A stretch of 32,000 nucleotides of DNA, taken from the NCBI RefSeq assembly GCF_001598795.1, contig NZ_BCZP01000017.1:90001-122000 (forward strand), given 5' to 3'. The notes below the pieces were generated by a model that worked only from the letters and a program-made list of their open reading frames with translations, ran no database searches and was not told the origin of the DNA. A program made the position numbers and the translations under genes. This document shows, in pieces, positions 16,880-25,882 of the stretch (within the stretch, counting starts at the first letter, position 1; every line of letters starts with the position of its first letter). The DNA comes from Delftia acidovorans NBRC 14950 (GTDB lineage Bacteria; Pseudomonadota; Gammaproteobacteria; Burkholderiales; Burkholderiaceae_C).

Positions 16880-17439
16880 ACCTGACTTTGCAAGGAAAGC
16901 AAGGAAACGAGCACCCCCAGCGCATCCAGCAACTGCTGCCGGTCACGGGGGTCCGCCTGGATGACAGGCACTATACCGTGACCTCTGTCCGCCAAGGCGC
17001 TGCTGAATGCTTCCTGCTGTTGCTCGCTGGCATCACGGCAACTGACCACCACTACCAGGGGCCCGGATTCCAGAGAGGCGATCTCGGCCAGGCACTGCGC
17101 CGCGTAGTCCGGTGCGCGGGCGTCGCAGACATCCACCATCAGCAGCACGCCCACCGAGGCATTGAGCACCCAGCGGCGCACGAAGTCGAAGCGTTCCTGC
17201 CCCGGGCTGCCCACCAGCTGCAGCCGCTCTCCACCGCCCAGGTCGATCTCGCCGAACTCGGCACCCACCGTGGTGAATTCCTTGGAATGGGAGGCCAGGT
17301 CCAGATTGGGCACATCCGCCGCCGCCATCAACGCGCCGCACAGGCTGCGCAGGGCCGTGGTCTTGCCTATGCCCATGGGGCCCACCAGGCTCACCCGTAC
17401 CAACCCGGCAGCAGGCTGCGCGTTCATCCACAGGCTCAT
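16876..17439 (-). CDS. small Ras-like GTPase of the MglA/CvnD type
   Basis: This is the internal ATG at 17439 of track ORF 16876..17997, with GGAGGAG 4 nt upstream. The P-loop is GPMGIGKT, switch I is FTTVGAEFG and switch II is VGSPGQERF. The position of the NKxD (G4) motif reads SCRD. Confidence 0.8.
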   Translation of the reverse strand: MSLWMNAQPAAGLVRVSLVGPMGIGKTTALRSLCGALMAAADVPNLDLASHSKEFTTVGAEFGEIDLGGGERLQLVGSPGQERFDFVRRWVLNASVGVLLMVDVCDARAPDYAAQCLAEIASLESGPLVVVVSCRDASEQQQEAFSSALADRGHGIVPVIQADPRDRQQLLDALGVLVSLLSLQSQV

Positions 17440-18182
17440 GCCACTCCTCCGCGCCGGATCCAGCCGGCCAGCTTCTGCACCCACTGGCGCGGCAGGCCGG
17501 CCACCGCGTCGGGCGCCTGTGCGCGGCTGCGGCGCAGCGGCGGGAGATCGTTTTCGCGCGCGGGCCGCAGGCTGCACTCCAGCAGGCTGCGCAGCCGGGG
17601 ATGGCGCAGCAGTTCGGCCACGGCGCGGGCCTGCATGCCGCTGTGCTCGCACAACAGGGCCACCTCCATGGGGCCACGGCACAGCATGGCCAGGGCACGC
17701 AGGCATTCGGAGTTGTTCCACGGCGCGGGCAGCGCCACCCAGGCCTTGAGCTGGAAGCGGTAGCGGCAGTCCACGCCCTGCTGCTGCAGATCGTCCAGCG
17801 CCTGCGCCAGCGTATGCGACGTCGCCACCTGCTGGCGCACCGTCCAGTCCATGAGGAAGACGGCCGCCCGGTCCAGCATGTCGATCAGGTCGGACAGCGT
17901 GAAATTCATGTCCAGATAGGTGGCCAGGCGCTGCTGCGTGCGCTCCAGGTGCTGTCCCTGGGGCACTCCACCCACGTAGACCACGCAGGGCATCCACCCT
18001 GCGGCCTCGGGCGCGGGCATGTTGCCATCTACGACCAGCACCTGGGCGCTGACCAGGGGCACCTGCCGCCAGCCGCGCAGCGACTTGCGGGACGCCACGG
18101 CGAACAATGCCTCAAAACGCTGCTTGAGCAGAGGAGACCACAGCTCGGCAGCCAGGCCGATCTCGTCTGTAGTGCGAGCCAT
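17436..18182 (-). CDS. hypothetical protein, first gene of the GTPase/Roadblock operon
   Basis: The ATG at 18182 has GGTGAGG 8 nt upstream; the track ORF starts at a GTG at 18191. I recognise no family. The C-terminal third (LRALAMLCRGPMEVALLCEHSGMQARAVAELLRH) looks like a winged-helix, DUF742-like segment. Its stop overlaps the GTPase start (ATGA). Confidence 0.6.
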   Translation of the reverse strand: MARTTDEIGLAAELWSPLLKQRFEALFAVASRKSLRGWRQVPLVSAQVLVVDGNMPAPEAAGWMPCVVYVGGVPQGQHLERTQQRLATYLDMNFTLSDLIDMLDRAAVFLMDWTVRQQVATSHTLAQALDDLQQQGVDCRYRFQLKAWVALPAPWNNSECLRALAMLCRGPMEVALLCEHSGMQARAVAELLRHPRLRSLLECSLRPARENDLPPLRRSRAQAPDAVAGLPRQWVQKLAGWIRRGGVA

Positions 18183-18275
18183 CTTTGACACCTCACCGGA
18201 TAGGAACTGAAATGGACAAACCAGATTCGCCCGTGACAGAACATCGGCGAAGACTGATATTTTGGATAGTTTTTA

Positions 18276-18300
18276 CACATTACTCACTTGATTTAATGTG
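18276..18300. promoter_or_regulatory. 7-bp inverted repeat CACATTA-N11-TAATGTG in the AT-rich divergent promoter region between the GTPase operon and rep
   Basis: The repeat is read directly from the sequence. It sits in the second most AT-rich stretch of the window (18190-18340). On the minus strand it overlaps a plausible promoter (TTGGTC-N18-TTAAAT). Confidence 0.4.
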
Positions 18301-18463
18301 AACTTTTCTATTTAGACCAACGCCGCCACAGTGCGGACCAGAGTGGCCGCGAGATTTGTCGCCGAATTCCAAGGGTGCTTACACCTGGCCTGATGGCCAC
18401 GATCCCCGAAGCGGTATGCTCCCGCTTCCCTCACTTTCACGCCTTTCCCCGCGCAACGCACCC

Positions 18464-20533
18464 ATGTCCGCAGGACTCAATCTGGCCCAGCTCCAGGCCG
18501 TCCACTACACCGAAGGCCCCTGCCTGGTCCTGGCCGGCGCGGGCTCGGGCAAGACACGCGTGATCACGCACAAGATCGGGCGCCTGATCGAGATGGGCAT
18601 GGCGCCGCGCCGCATCGCGGCCATCACCTTCACCAACAAGGCCGCAGCCGAAATGCGCGAGCGCGCGGCCGGCCTCATCGGCCGCCAGGCCAAGGACGTG
18701 CTGGTGTGCACCTTCCACGCCCTGGGCGTGCGCATGGTGCGCGAGGACGGCCATGTGCTGGGCCTCAAGCCCCAGTTCAGCATCCTGGACGCCGACGACG
18801 TGACGGGCATCCTCAAGGACTGCTCGGGCGGCACCACCGACCTGGCCACGGCGCGCCAGTGGCAGTGGACCATCAGCAACTGGAAGAATGCCGGCTGGGA
18901 CAGCCGCAAGGCCCTGGCCATGGCCCAGGACGACAACGAGCGCAGCACGGCGCTGATCATGCAGCGCTACGAAGAGCGCCTGACCGCCTACCAGAGCGTG
19001 GATTTCGACGACCTGATCGGCATGCCCATGCGCCTGCTCAAGAACCACATCGAGGTGCGCGAGAAATGGCAGCGCCTGCTGGGCCATGTGCTGGTGGACG
19101 AATACCAGGACACCAACGCCACGCAGTACGAGCTGCTCAAGATGCTGGTGGGCAGCCGCGCCCACTTCACCGCCGTGGGCGACGACGACCAGAGCATCTA
19201 CGGCTGGCGCGGCGCCACGCTGGACAACCTCAAGAAGCTGCCGGTGGAGTTCCCGCAGCTCAAGGTGATCAAGCTGGAGCAGAACTACCGCTCCACCTCG
19301 GCCATCCTGCGCGCGGCCAACAACGTCATCCAGCCCAACCCCAAGCTCTATCCGAAGACGCTGTTCTCGGAGCTGGGCGAGGGCGAGCCCGTGCGCATCG
19401 TGGACTGCGACACCGAGGAGCACGAGGCCGAGCGCGCCGTCGCCCGCATCCAGAGCCTGCGCGCGGCCAGCAACCCGCCGCCGGACTGGAAGGATTTCGC
19501 CATCCTCTACCGCGCCAATCACCAGGCCAAGCCCTTCGAGAAGGCCTTGCGCAAGGCCAGCATTCCCTACAAGGTCTCGGGCGGCACCAGCTTCTTCGAC
19601 CGCGCCGAGATCAAGGACCTGTGTGCCTGGTTCCGGCTGTGGATCAACAACGACGACGACCCCGCCTTCCTGCGCGCCATCGGCACGCCCAGGCGCGGCA
19701 TAGGCCACACCACGCTGGGCAAGCTGGGCGAGTTTTCCTCGCAGCACAAGCTCAGCATGTTCGGCGCCCTGTTCGCGCACATGCTGGAAGCGGCCCTGCC
19801 CAAGAAGGCGCATGACAGCCTGCTGGAGTTCGGCCGCTACATCAACGACCTCGAATACCGCGCCCGCCACACGCTGGGCGCCGAGCAGTCGCGCGGCTTC
19901 ATGCTCGACTGGCTCAAGGAGATCGGCTACGAGCAGTACCTCTACGACAGCGAGGACAGCGAATCGGTCGCCGCCGCGCGCTGGAGCAACGTGCTGGAGT
20001 TCTGCGACTGGATGTCCCAGCGCGCCGGCGGCCAGATCGAGGATGCGGCGGGCACGACCACGCACACCGAGGTCAAGAGCCTGCTGGAAGTGGCGCGCAA
20101 CATCGCCCTGCTGTCCACCATCAGCGAGCGCGAGAAGGAGCAGGACATGGTCATCCTGTCCACCCTGCATGCCTCCAAGGGCCTGGAATGGCCGCATGTG
20201 ATGCTGGTGGGCGTGACCGAGGGCATGCTGCCCTTCAAGCTCGACGACGACAACGGCCGCCAGCAGAAGGTCAGCGACGAAACCGCCCAGCGCCTGCAGG
20301 AAGAGCGCCGCCTCATGTACGTGGGCATCACGCGCGCCCGGCGCTCGCTGGCCGTGAGCTGGACCAAGCGCCGCAAGAAGGGGCGCGAGATGGTCTCCAC
20401 CCTGCCCAGCCGCTTCATCAAGGAAATGGGCCTGGACGCCGCCACCTCGCGCGAGGACCCGCGCGAGAAGCTGCGCCAGCTGCGCGCCGAGTTCGCCCTC
20501 AAGGCGCAGCAGTCCACGCCCGCCGACTCCTGA
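18464..20533 (+). CDS. rep: ATP-dependent DNA helicase Rep (UvrD/Rep superfamily 1)
   Basis: This is the in-frame ATG at 18464. MSAGLNLAQLQAVHYTEGPCLVLAGAGSGKTRVITHKIGRLI...AAITFTNKAAAEMRER is close to E. coli Rep. The product is 689 aa. LVDEYQDTN and the motif VI region VGITRA are present. Confidence 0.88.
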   Translation: MSAGLNLAQLQAVHYTEGPCLVLAGAGSGKTRVITHKIGRLIEMGMAPRRIAAITFTNKAAAEMRERAAGLIGRQAKDVLVCTFHALGVRMVREDGHVLGLKPQFSILDADDVTGILKDCSGGTTDLATARQWQWTISNWKNAGWDSRKALAMAQDDNERSTALIMQRYEERLTAYQSVDFDDLIGMPMRLLKNHIEVREKWQRLLGHVLVDEYQDTNATQYELLKMLVGSRAHFTAVGDDDQSIYGWRGATLDNLKKLPVEFPQLKVIKLEQNYRSTSAILRAANNVIQPNPKLYPKTLFSELGEGEPVRIVDCDTEEHEAERAVARIQSLRAASNPPPDWKDFAILYRANHQAKPFEKALRKASIPYKVSGGTSFFDRAEIKDLCAWFRLWINNDDDPAFLRAIGTPRRGIGHTTLGKLGEFSSQHKLSMFGALFAHMLEAALPKKAHDSLLEFGRYINDLEYRARHTLGAEQSRGFMLDWLKEIGYEQYLYDSEDSESVAAARWSNVLEFCDWMSQRAGGQIEDAAGTTTHTEVKSLLEVARNIALLSTISEREKEQDMVILSTLHASKGLEWPHVMLVGVTEGMLPFKLDDDNGRQQKVSDETAQRLQEERRLMYVGITRARRSLAVSWTKRRKKGREMVSTLPSRFIKEMGLDAATSREDPREKLRQLRAEFALKAQQSTPADS

Positions 20534-20550
20534 CTCCAGAAAGACACCGC

Positions 20551-21039
20551 ATGCGTTTTTACCGCCCCGTTCTCAGCCTGGCGCTGGTGGCCGTGACCAC
20601 CGCCTGCTCCAGCACGGACCTGCAGACCGCCACCCGGCCCACCCTCCAGGCCGCGCCCAAGGCCGCCCGCGCTGCCGCCGCTCTGCCACACGCCCCATGC
20701 CCCGGCGACGAGGAGATGAAGGACAGCCAGTTGCAGGGTGAATGGACGGGAACCGTCGAAGGCCAGTCCCAGCCCGTGCGCCTGCAGCTGGGGCCGCACC
20801 CCCAGTGGAAGGGCAACGTCAAGGGCACGATCGCGCGCGGCGCAGACACCCGCCCCATGGTCGGCGACGTGGCCGATGACCACATCACGCTGGAAGAAAG
20901 CGCCGACGGCAAGCGCATCACCGCCACCTGGCTGGGCGATGTCGTCGAAGGCAGCTGCGCCCGCGAGATCCGCGGCAACTTCATCGAAGGCGACGATGCG
21001 GCGCCCCGGCCCTTCGTGCTGCGCAAGCTCGCGCCGTGA
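20551..21039 (+). CDS. hypothetical secreted protein or lipoprotein
   Basis: The ATG is at 20551. The N-terminus MRFYRPVLSLALVAVTTACSS looks like a signal peptide with a lipobox-like Cys. I recognise no family. Confidence 0.55.
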   Translation: MRFYRPVLSLALVAVTTACSSTDLQTATRPTLQAAPKAARAAAALPHAPCPGDEEMKDSQLQGEWTGTVEGQSQPVRLQLGPHPQWKGNVKGTIARGADTRPMVGDVADDHITLEESADGKRITATWLGDVVEGSCAREIRGNFIEGDDAAPRPFVLRKLAP

Positions 21040-21127
21040 CCGGCCCCCGAGCCTGCACACGAGCCCCCTGCTCCCTCTCCACTTATTACCCCTTACTCTT
21101 CGCTCCTTCCATCACCGGACTCAAGCC

Positions 21128-22348
21128 ATGACGACTCCTACACACCTGGATCGCCGCAAGCGCCCAAGCCGCACGCCGACACCCCTGCAGTGGGCCCTGG
21201 CCATGGGACTGGGCGCCACGCCCTGGCTCGGCGCCCAGGCGCAGACCGCGCCCCGCCCCCTGTCCGAGGACGCCTGGCGCCAGTGCGCCGCCACCACGGA
21301 CAACCAGTCTCGCCTGGCCTGCTTCGACACCTGGGCACAGCAGCAGCAGCCGCTGACCGCGCCGCCGGCCACCGGCTGGAGTGCTCCGGCCGCCAGCGCT
21401 GCAGCCGATCCTGGCGCCCTGCCCACGCCCGCCCCCGTGGTGACGGCCGACAGCGGCCAGGGCCTGGCGCTGCCCACCACCCCCACCAACGGCGGCTGCC
21501 GCGACCCGCGCTACAGCGAGCTGTCGCGCTACTTCGAGCTGGAACCGGGCAGCGACTGCGGCACCTTCAGCTTCCGCGGCTACCGGCCCATGTCCGTGTC
21601 CGTGGTGACGGCCGACCATGTCAACCGGCAGCCCACCACGCCCGGCAAGGACCCTGCGCAGTCGCAGCCCTACAAGACCGAGGAAATGCGCGTGCAGCTG
21701 TCCGTGCGCACCAAGGTCGCCCAGGGCCTGCTGACCAGCAGCACCTCGGCGGGCAAGGACTCGCTGTGGGTCGGCTACACCCAGCAGTCGTACTGGCAGC
21801 TGTTCAGCCCGGCCATCTCGCGGCCCTTCCGCAACACGGACCACGAGCCCGAGATCTTCTACGTCTACCCCACCGATGCCCGGCTGCCCTTCGGCTGGCG
21901 CTGGCGCTACAGCGGCGTGGGCCTGGTACACCAGTCCAACGGCCAGAGCGATCCGCTGTCGCGCAGCTGGAACCGCTGGTATCTGATGACCGGCTTCGAG
22001 CTGGACAACCGCTGGCAGCTGCACGCCAAGGCCTGGCAGCGCATCCGCGAAAGCGCCGAGCACGACGACAACCCGCGCATCCAGGACTACATAGGCCGGG
22101 GCGAGGTGAAACTGGGCTGGAACGTCAATGCGCAGAACTATCTGGGCTTCACTGCGCGCGGCTCGCTGGGCCAGGGCCGCGGCTCCGGCCGCGTCGAATG
22201 GCTGCGCACCCTAGGCGAAGGATGGAACGGTGGCAAGAGCAATTTGCGCCTGCATGTCCAGCTTTTCAGCGGATACGGTGACAGCCTGATCGATTACAAC
22301 TACAAGCGCACCGTGCTCAGCGTGGGTTTCAGTCTTCTGGACTTCTAG
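21128..22348 (+). CDS. pldA: outer-membrane phospholipase A
   Basis: This is the internal ATG at 21128 of track ORF 20738..22348. It carries the catalytic region GLVHQSNGQSDPLSRSWNR, a C-terminal beta-barrel ending ...SVGFSLLDF, and an N-terminal RLACFDTW motif. Confidence 0.85.
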   Translation: MTTPTHLDRRKRPSRTPTPLQWALAMGLGATPWLGAQAQTAPRPLSEDAWRQCAATTDNQSRLACFDTWAQQQQPLTAPPATGWSAPAASAAADPGALPTPAPVVTADSGQGLALPTTPTNGGCRDPRYSELSRYFELEPGSDCGTFSFRGYRPMSVSVVTADHVNRQPTTPGKDPAQSQPYKTEEMRVQLSVRTKVAQGLLTSSTSAGKDSLWVGYTQQSYWQLFSPAISRPFRNTDHEPEIFYVYPTDARLPFGWRWRYSGVGLVHQSNGQSDPLSRSWNRWYLMTGFELDNRWQLHAKAWQRIRESAEHDDNPRIQDYIGRGEVKLGWNVNAQNYLGFTARGSLGQGRGSGRVEWLRTLGEGWNGGKSNLRLHVQLFSGYGDSLIDYNYKRTVLSVGFSLLDF

Positions 22349-22516
22349 AAGACCGGCCCTCGCGGGGCACGCTTTGCCGCTTGCCCTTCGCGGGGAAGCC
22401 CCGTCCCGCTGGCTGCATTGCCAGCGGCCGGGGCCATGCGTCAGAATGCGCCGATGCCCCGGGCCTTTTCAGGCAGGCCCGGAAACCCGCCCCAGAACGA
22501 ACCGCGGAGGTCCGCC

Positions 22517-22969
22517 ATGGATTTGCAATACCAGCTCAAGGCCGGCAGTTACTGCCTGTACGACATGCGCGAGACGCCCAGTGCCATCACGGGCGAGCGC
22601 CGCTGCCGGCTCAGGACCGAGCTGGTGGCCATTGCCTTCGACCTGGTCACGGGCCAGGTCCATGAGCATGGCTCGCCCACGCGCATCCATGCATGGGCCC
22701 TGTGCACGCGCAGGCGGCTGCGCGCGGCCGGCGACTGGGACCAGGCCGACAGCATCGTCGTGGTCTCCGGGCCCCTGCCGGTGGATGAGATCAACAAATG
22801 CCTGGGCATACGCGGCTACTGCCGCCGCATGTTCCAGCGCCTGGCCAGCCTGCCGCACGGCAAGCTGCAACCCCACGCGCATGCGCACGCTCATGGTGCC
22901 TACGGGGCTTACGGCGCCCATGCAGGCCGGAACCAGTCCCATCAGGGCCAGCAACGGCGGGCCGCCTGA
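22517..22969 (+). CDS. hypothetical Cys-rich small protein with a His/Ala/Gly/Tyr low-complexity tail
   Basis: The ATG at 22517 has GGAGG 6 nt upstream. The 150-aa product ends ...HAHAHAHGAYGAYGAHAGRNQSHQGQQRRAA. I recognise no family. Confidence 0.5.
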   Translation: MDLQYQLKAGSYCLYDMRETPSAITGERRCRLRTELVAIAFDLVTGQVHEHGSPTRIHAWALCTRRRLRAAGDWDQADSIVVVSGPLPVDEINKCLGIRGYCRRMFQRLASLPHGKLQPHAHAHAHGAYGAYGAHAGRNQSHQGQQRRAA

Positions 22970-22996
22970 AAGCCAGCGGCGCGCGCCCGGCACCCC

Positions 22997-23467
22997 TCAC
23001 TCGGGACCCAGGTCCTCTTCCCCTTCTTCATCGTGCGGCTCGGCATGCTTGACGATGGTCACAGGCAGCCGGCTGTTGCGTGCCACCTCGCGCGAGACCG
23101 AGCCGATCAGCACGCGCCGCAGGCCGCCCTGGCCCAGTGCGCCAATGATGATCTGCTCGCAGCCCGTGCTCTCGGCAATGTCGGCCAGCGCGGCGGCGGG
23201 CTCGCCCAGGCCGATCTCCACCTCGTAGGAAATGCCGGCCGCCCGCACCAGGGCCACGGCCGGCGCCACCAGGTGCATGCCGGCGTCCACGCTGGCGGCG
23301 GCGATCATGTCCGAGTCCTGCGTGGCCAGCTCGAACAGCGAGGCTTCCTGCTGCACATGGGCCAGCACGAAATGCGCCTGCAGGCCCTGGCGCACCAGGG
23401 AGATGGCGTGGTGCACGGCATCCAGCGAGGGCTCGGACCCATCGACGGCAATCATGATCTTCAGCAT
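22997..23467 (-). CDS. universal stress protein (UspA family)
   Basis: This is the internal ATG at 23467 of track ORF 22997..24673, with GGAGG upstream. The product starts MLKIMIAVDGSEPSLDAVHHAI and contains IIIGALGQGGLRRVLIGSVSREV, a Usp ATP-binding-type motif. Confidence 0.85.
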   Translation of the reverse strand: MLKIMIAVDGSEPSLDAVHHAISLVRQGLQAHFVLAHVQQEASLFELATQDSDMIAAASVDAGMHLVAPAVALVRAAGISYEVEIGLGEPAAALADIAESTGCEQIIIGALGQGGLRRVLIGSVSREVARNSRLPVTIVKHAEPHDEEGEEDLGPE

Positions 23468-23530
23468 GCGGACCTCCTTTTTTGTAGCTGGCGAATCGCA
23501 ACCACCCCAGTGTAGACGCGGGCCGGCTAA

Positions 23531-24775
<1,245 letters not shown>

Positions 24776-24793
24776 CGCCCCGCAGCCGATCGT

Positions 24794-24838
24794 TCAGGTC
24801 ACTCAGGTGGCCAGGGTCGCTCAGGTCGCCAGGTCCTT
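24794..24838. repeat. imperfect 9-bp tandem repeat, about five copies
   Basis: The copies are TCAGGTCAC, TCAGGTGGC, CAGGGTCGC, TCAGGTCGC and CAGGTCCTT. The array lies between the tgt stop and the LysR stop and covers the LysR stop codon at 24821-24823. Confidence 0.6.
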
Positions 24839-25771
24839 GAGCGACCAGGACACGCCGGTCTCGAAGCCCGCGCGCATCTCGTCGGCCACGCGCTCCAGCT
24901 CGTCCAGAAACAGCCGCATGGCGGCTGCCTTGGTGTAGCCGATGCGCTGGTACAGGCAGCCGGGCAACTGCGCACCGGCGTCGTGCAGGGGCCGCCAGAG
25001 CAGGCGGCCGGCCGCCACATCCTCGGCCACGTTGTCGGGCACCAGGAATCCCAGGGCCGTGCTGCCGGCCACCAGGCGCCGCACCATGGGCACGGAGCTG
25101 GTCTCCACCAGCGGCCGCTGCTGGTGCAAGGCCGCGCTGTCCATCTGCTCCAGCATGCTGCGCAACTCCATGCCCGGCGCCATCAGGATCAGCGGATAGT
25201 CCACGCAATCGCGCAGGCGCAGCAGGCGCGGCTCGGTGGCCAGCGGATGGCCGGGGGCCATCACCGCGCCCAACGGCTGGGGCCAGGCGCGCACCTCCTG
25301 CACGCCGGGCGGCGGCGGGCGGCGCAGGCAATAGGCCACATCGATCTCTCCCTGCGCCACGCCGCGCAGCAGTTCCTCACCCGTGCCCGAACGCACGCTG
25401 AAGGTAATGCCCGGATAGCGCCCGTGCAGGCTGGCGATCACCAGGGGCAGCAGGTACTCGGCCGTGGCATGGGACACGCCCACGCGCACATGGCCCCGGC
25501 GCAGGGCGCGCAGGTCCTCCACCTGGGCCAGTGCGTTGTCGAAGTCACGCTGGCTGCGCCGCACGGCCGCCAGCATCAGCTCCCCGGCCGTTGTCAGCTG
25601 CATGCCGCGCGGCAGGCGATCGAACAGCGGCACGCCGACCTGGGCCTCCAGATTGAGGATTTGCTGGTTCACGGCGGCCGCCGTCAGGTGCAGCGTGACG
25701 GCGGCCTTGCGCACCGAGCCACGGCGCGCCACCTCGTCAAAACAGCGAAAAGCCTGGGAGATTGCGGGCAT
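24821..25771 (-). CDS. LysR family transcriptional regulator
   Basis: The 316-aa product has the N-terminal HTH FDEVARRGSVRKAAVTLHLTAAAVNQQILNLEAQVGVPLFDR. It is divergent from the 25883 operon. Confidence 0.9.
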   Translation of the reverse strand: MPAISQAFRCFDEVARRGSVRKAAVTLHLTAAAVNQQILNLEAQVGVPLFDRLPRGMQLTTAGELMLAAVRRSQRDFDNALAQVEDLRALRRGHVRVGVSHATAEYLLPLVIASLHGRYPGITFSVRSGTGEELLRGVAQGEIDVAYCLRRPPPPGVQEVRAWPQPLGAVMAPGHPLATEPRLLRLRDCVDYPLILMAPGMELRSMLEQMDSAALHQQRPLVETSSVPMVRRLVAGSTALGFLVPDNVAEDVAAGRLLWRPLHDAGAQLPGCLYQRIGYTKAAAMRLFLDELERVADEMRAGFETGVSWSLKDLAT

Positions 25772-25882
25772 GGCGCGGAGTGTAAATTTTTATCTGACAC
25801 CTCATCCAAAACAAACAGCTATTCCTGACGCTTGCGACTGCCTAGAGTGGCACTCATTCCCGGCCTCCTTTGAAAGCAGCCC

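Noticed and set aside
18437-20197. A 586-aa minus-strand ORF.
   Set aside because: It is antisense to rep, which has all the SF1 helicase motifs.
21040-21127. A pyrimidine-rich (CT) tract upstream of pldA.
   Set aside because: It is short, has no repeat unit or dyad, and is probably just leader or promoter sequence.
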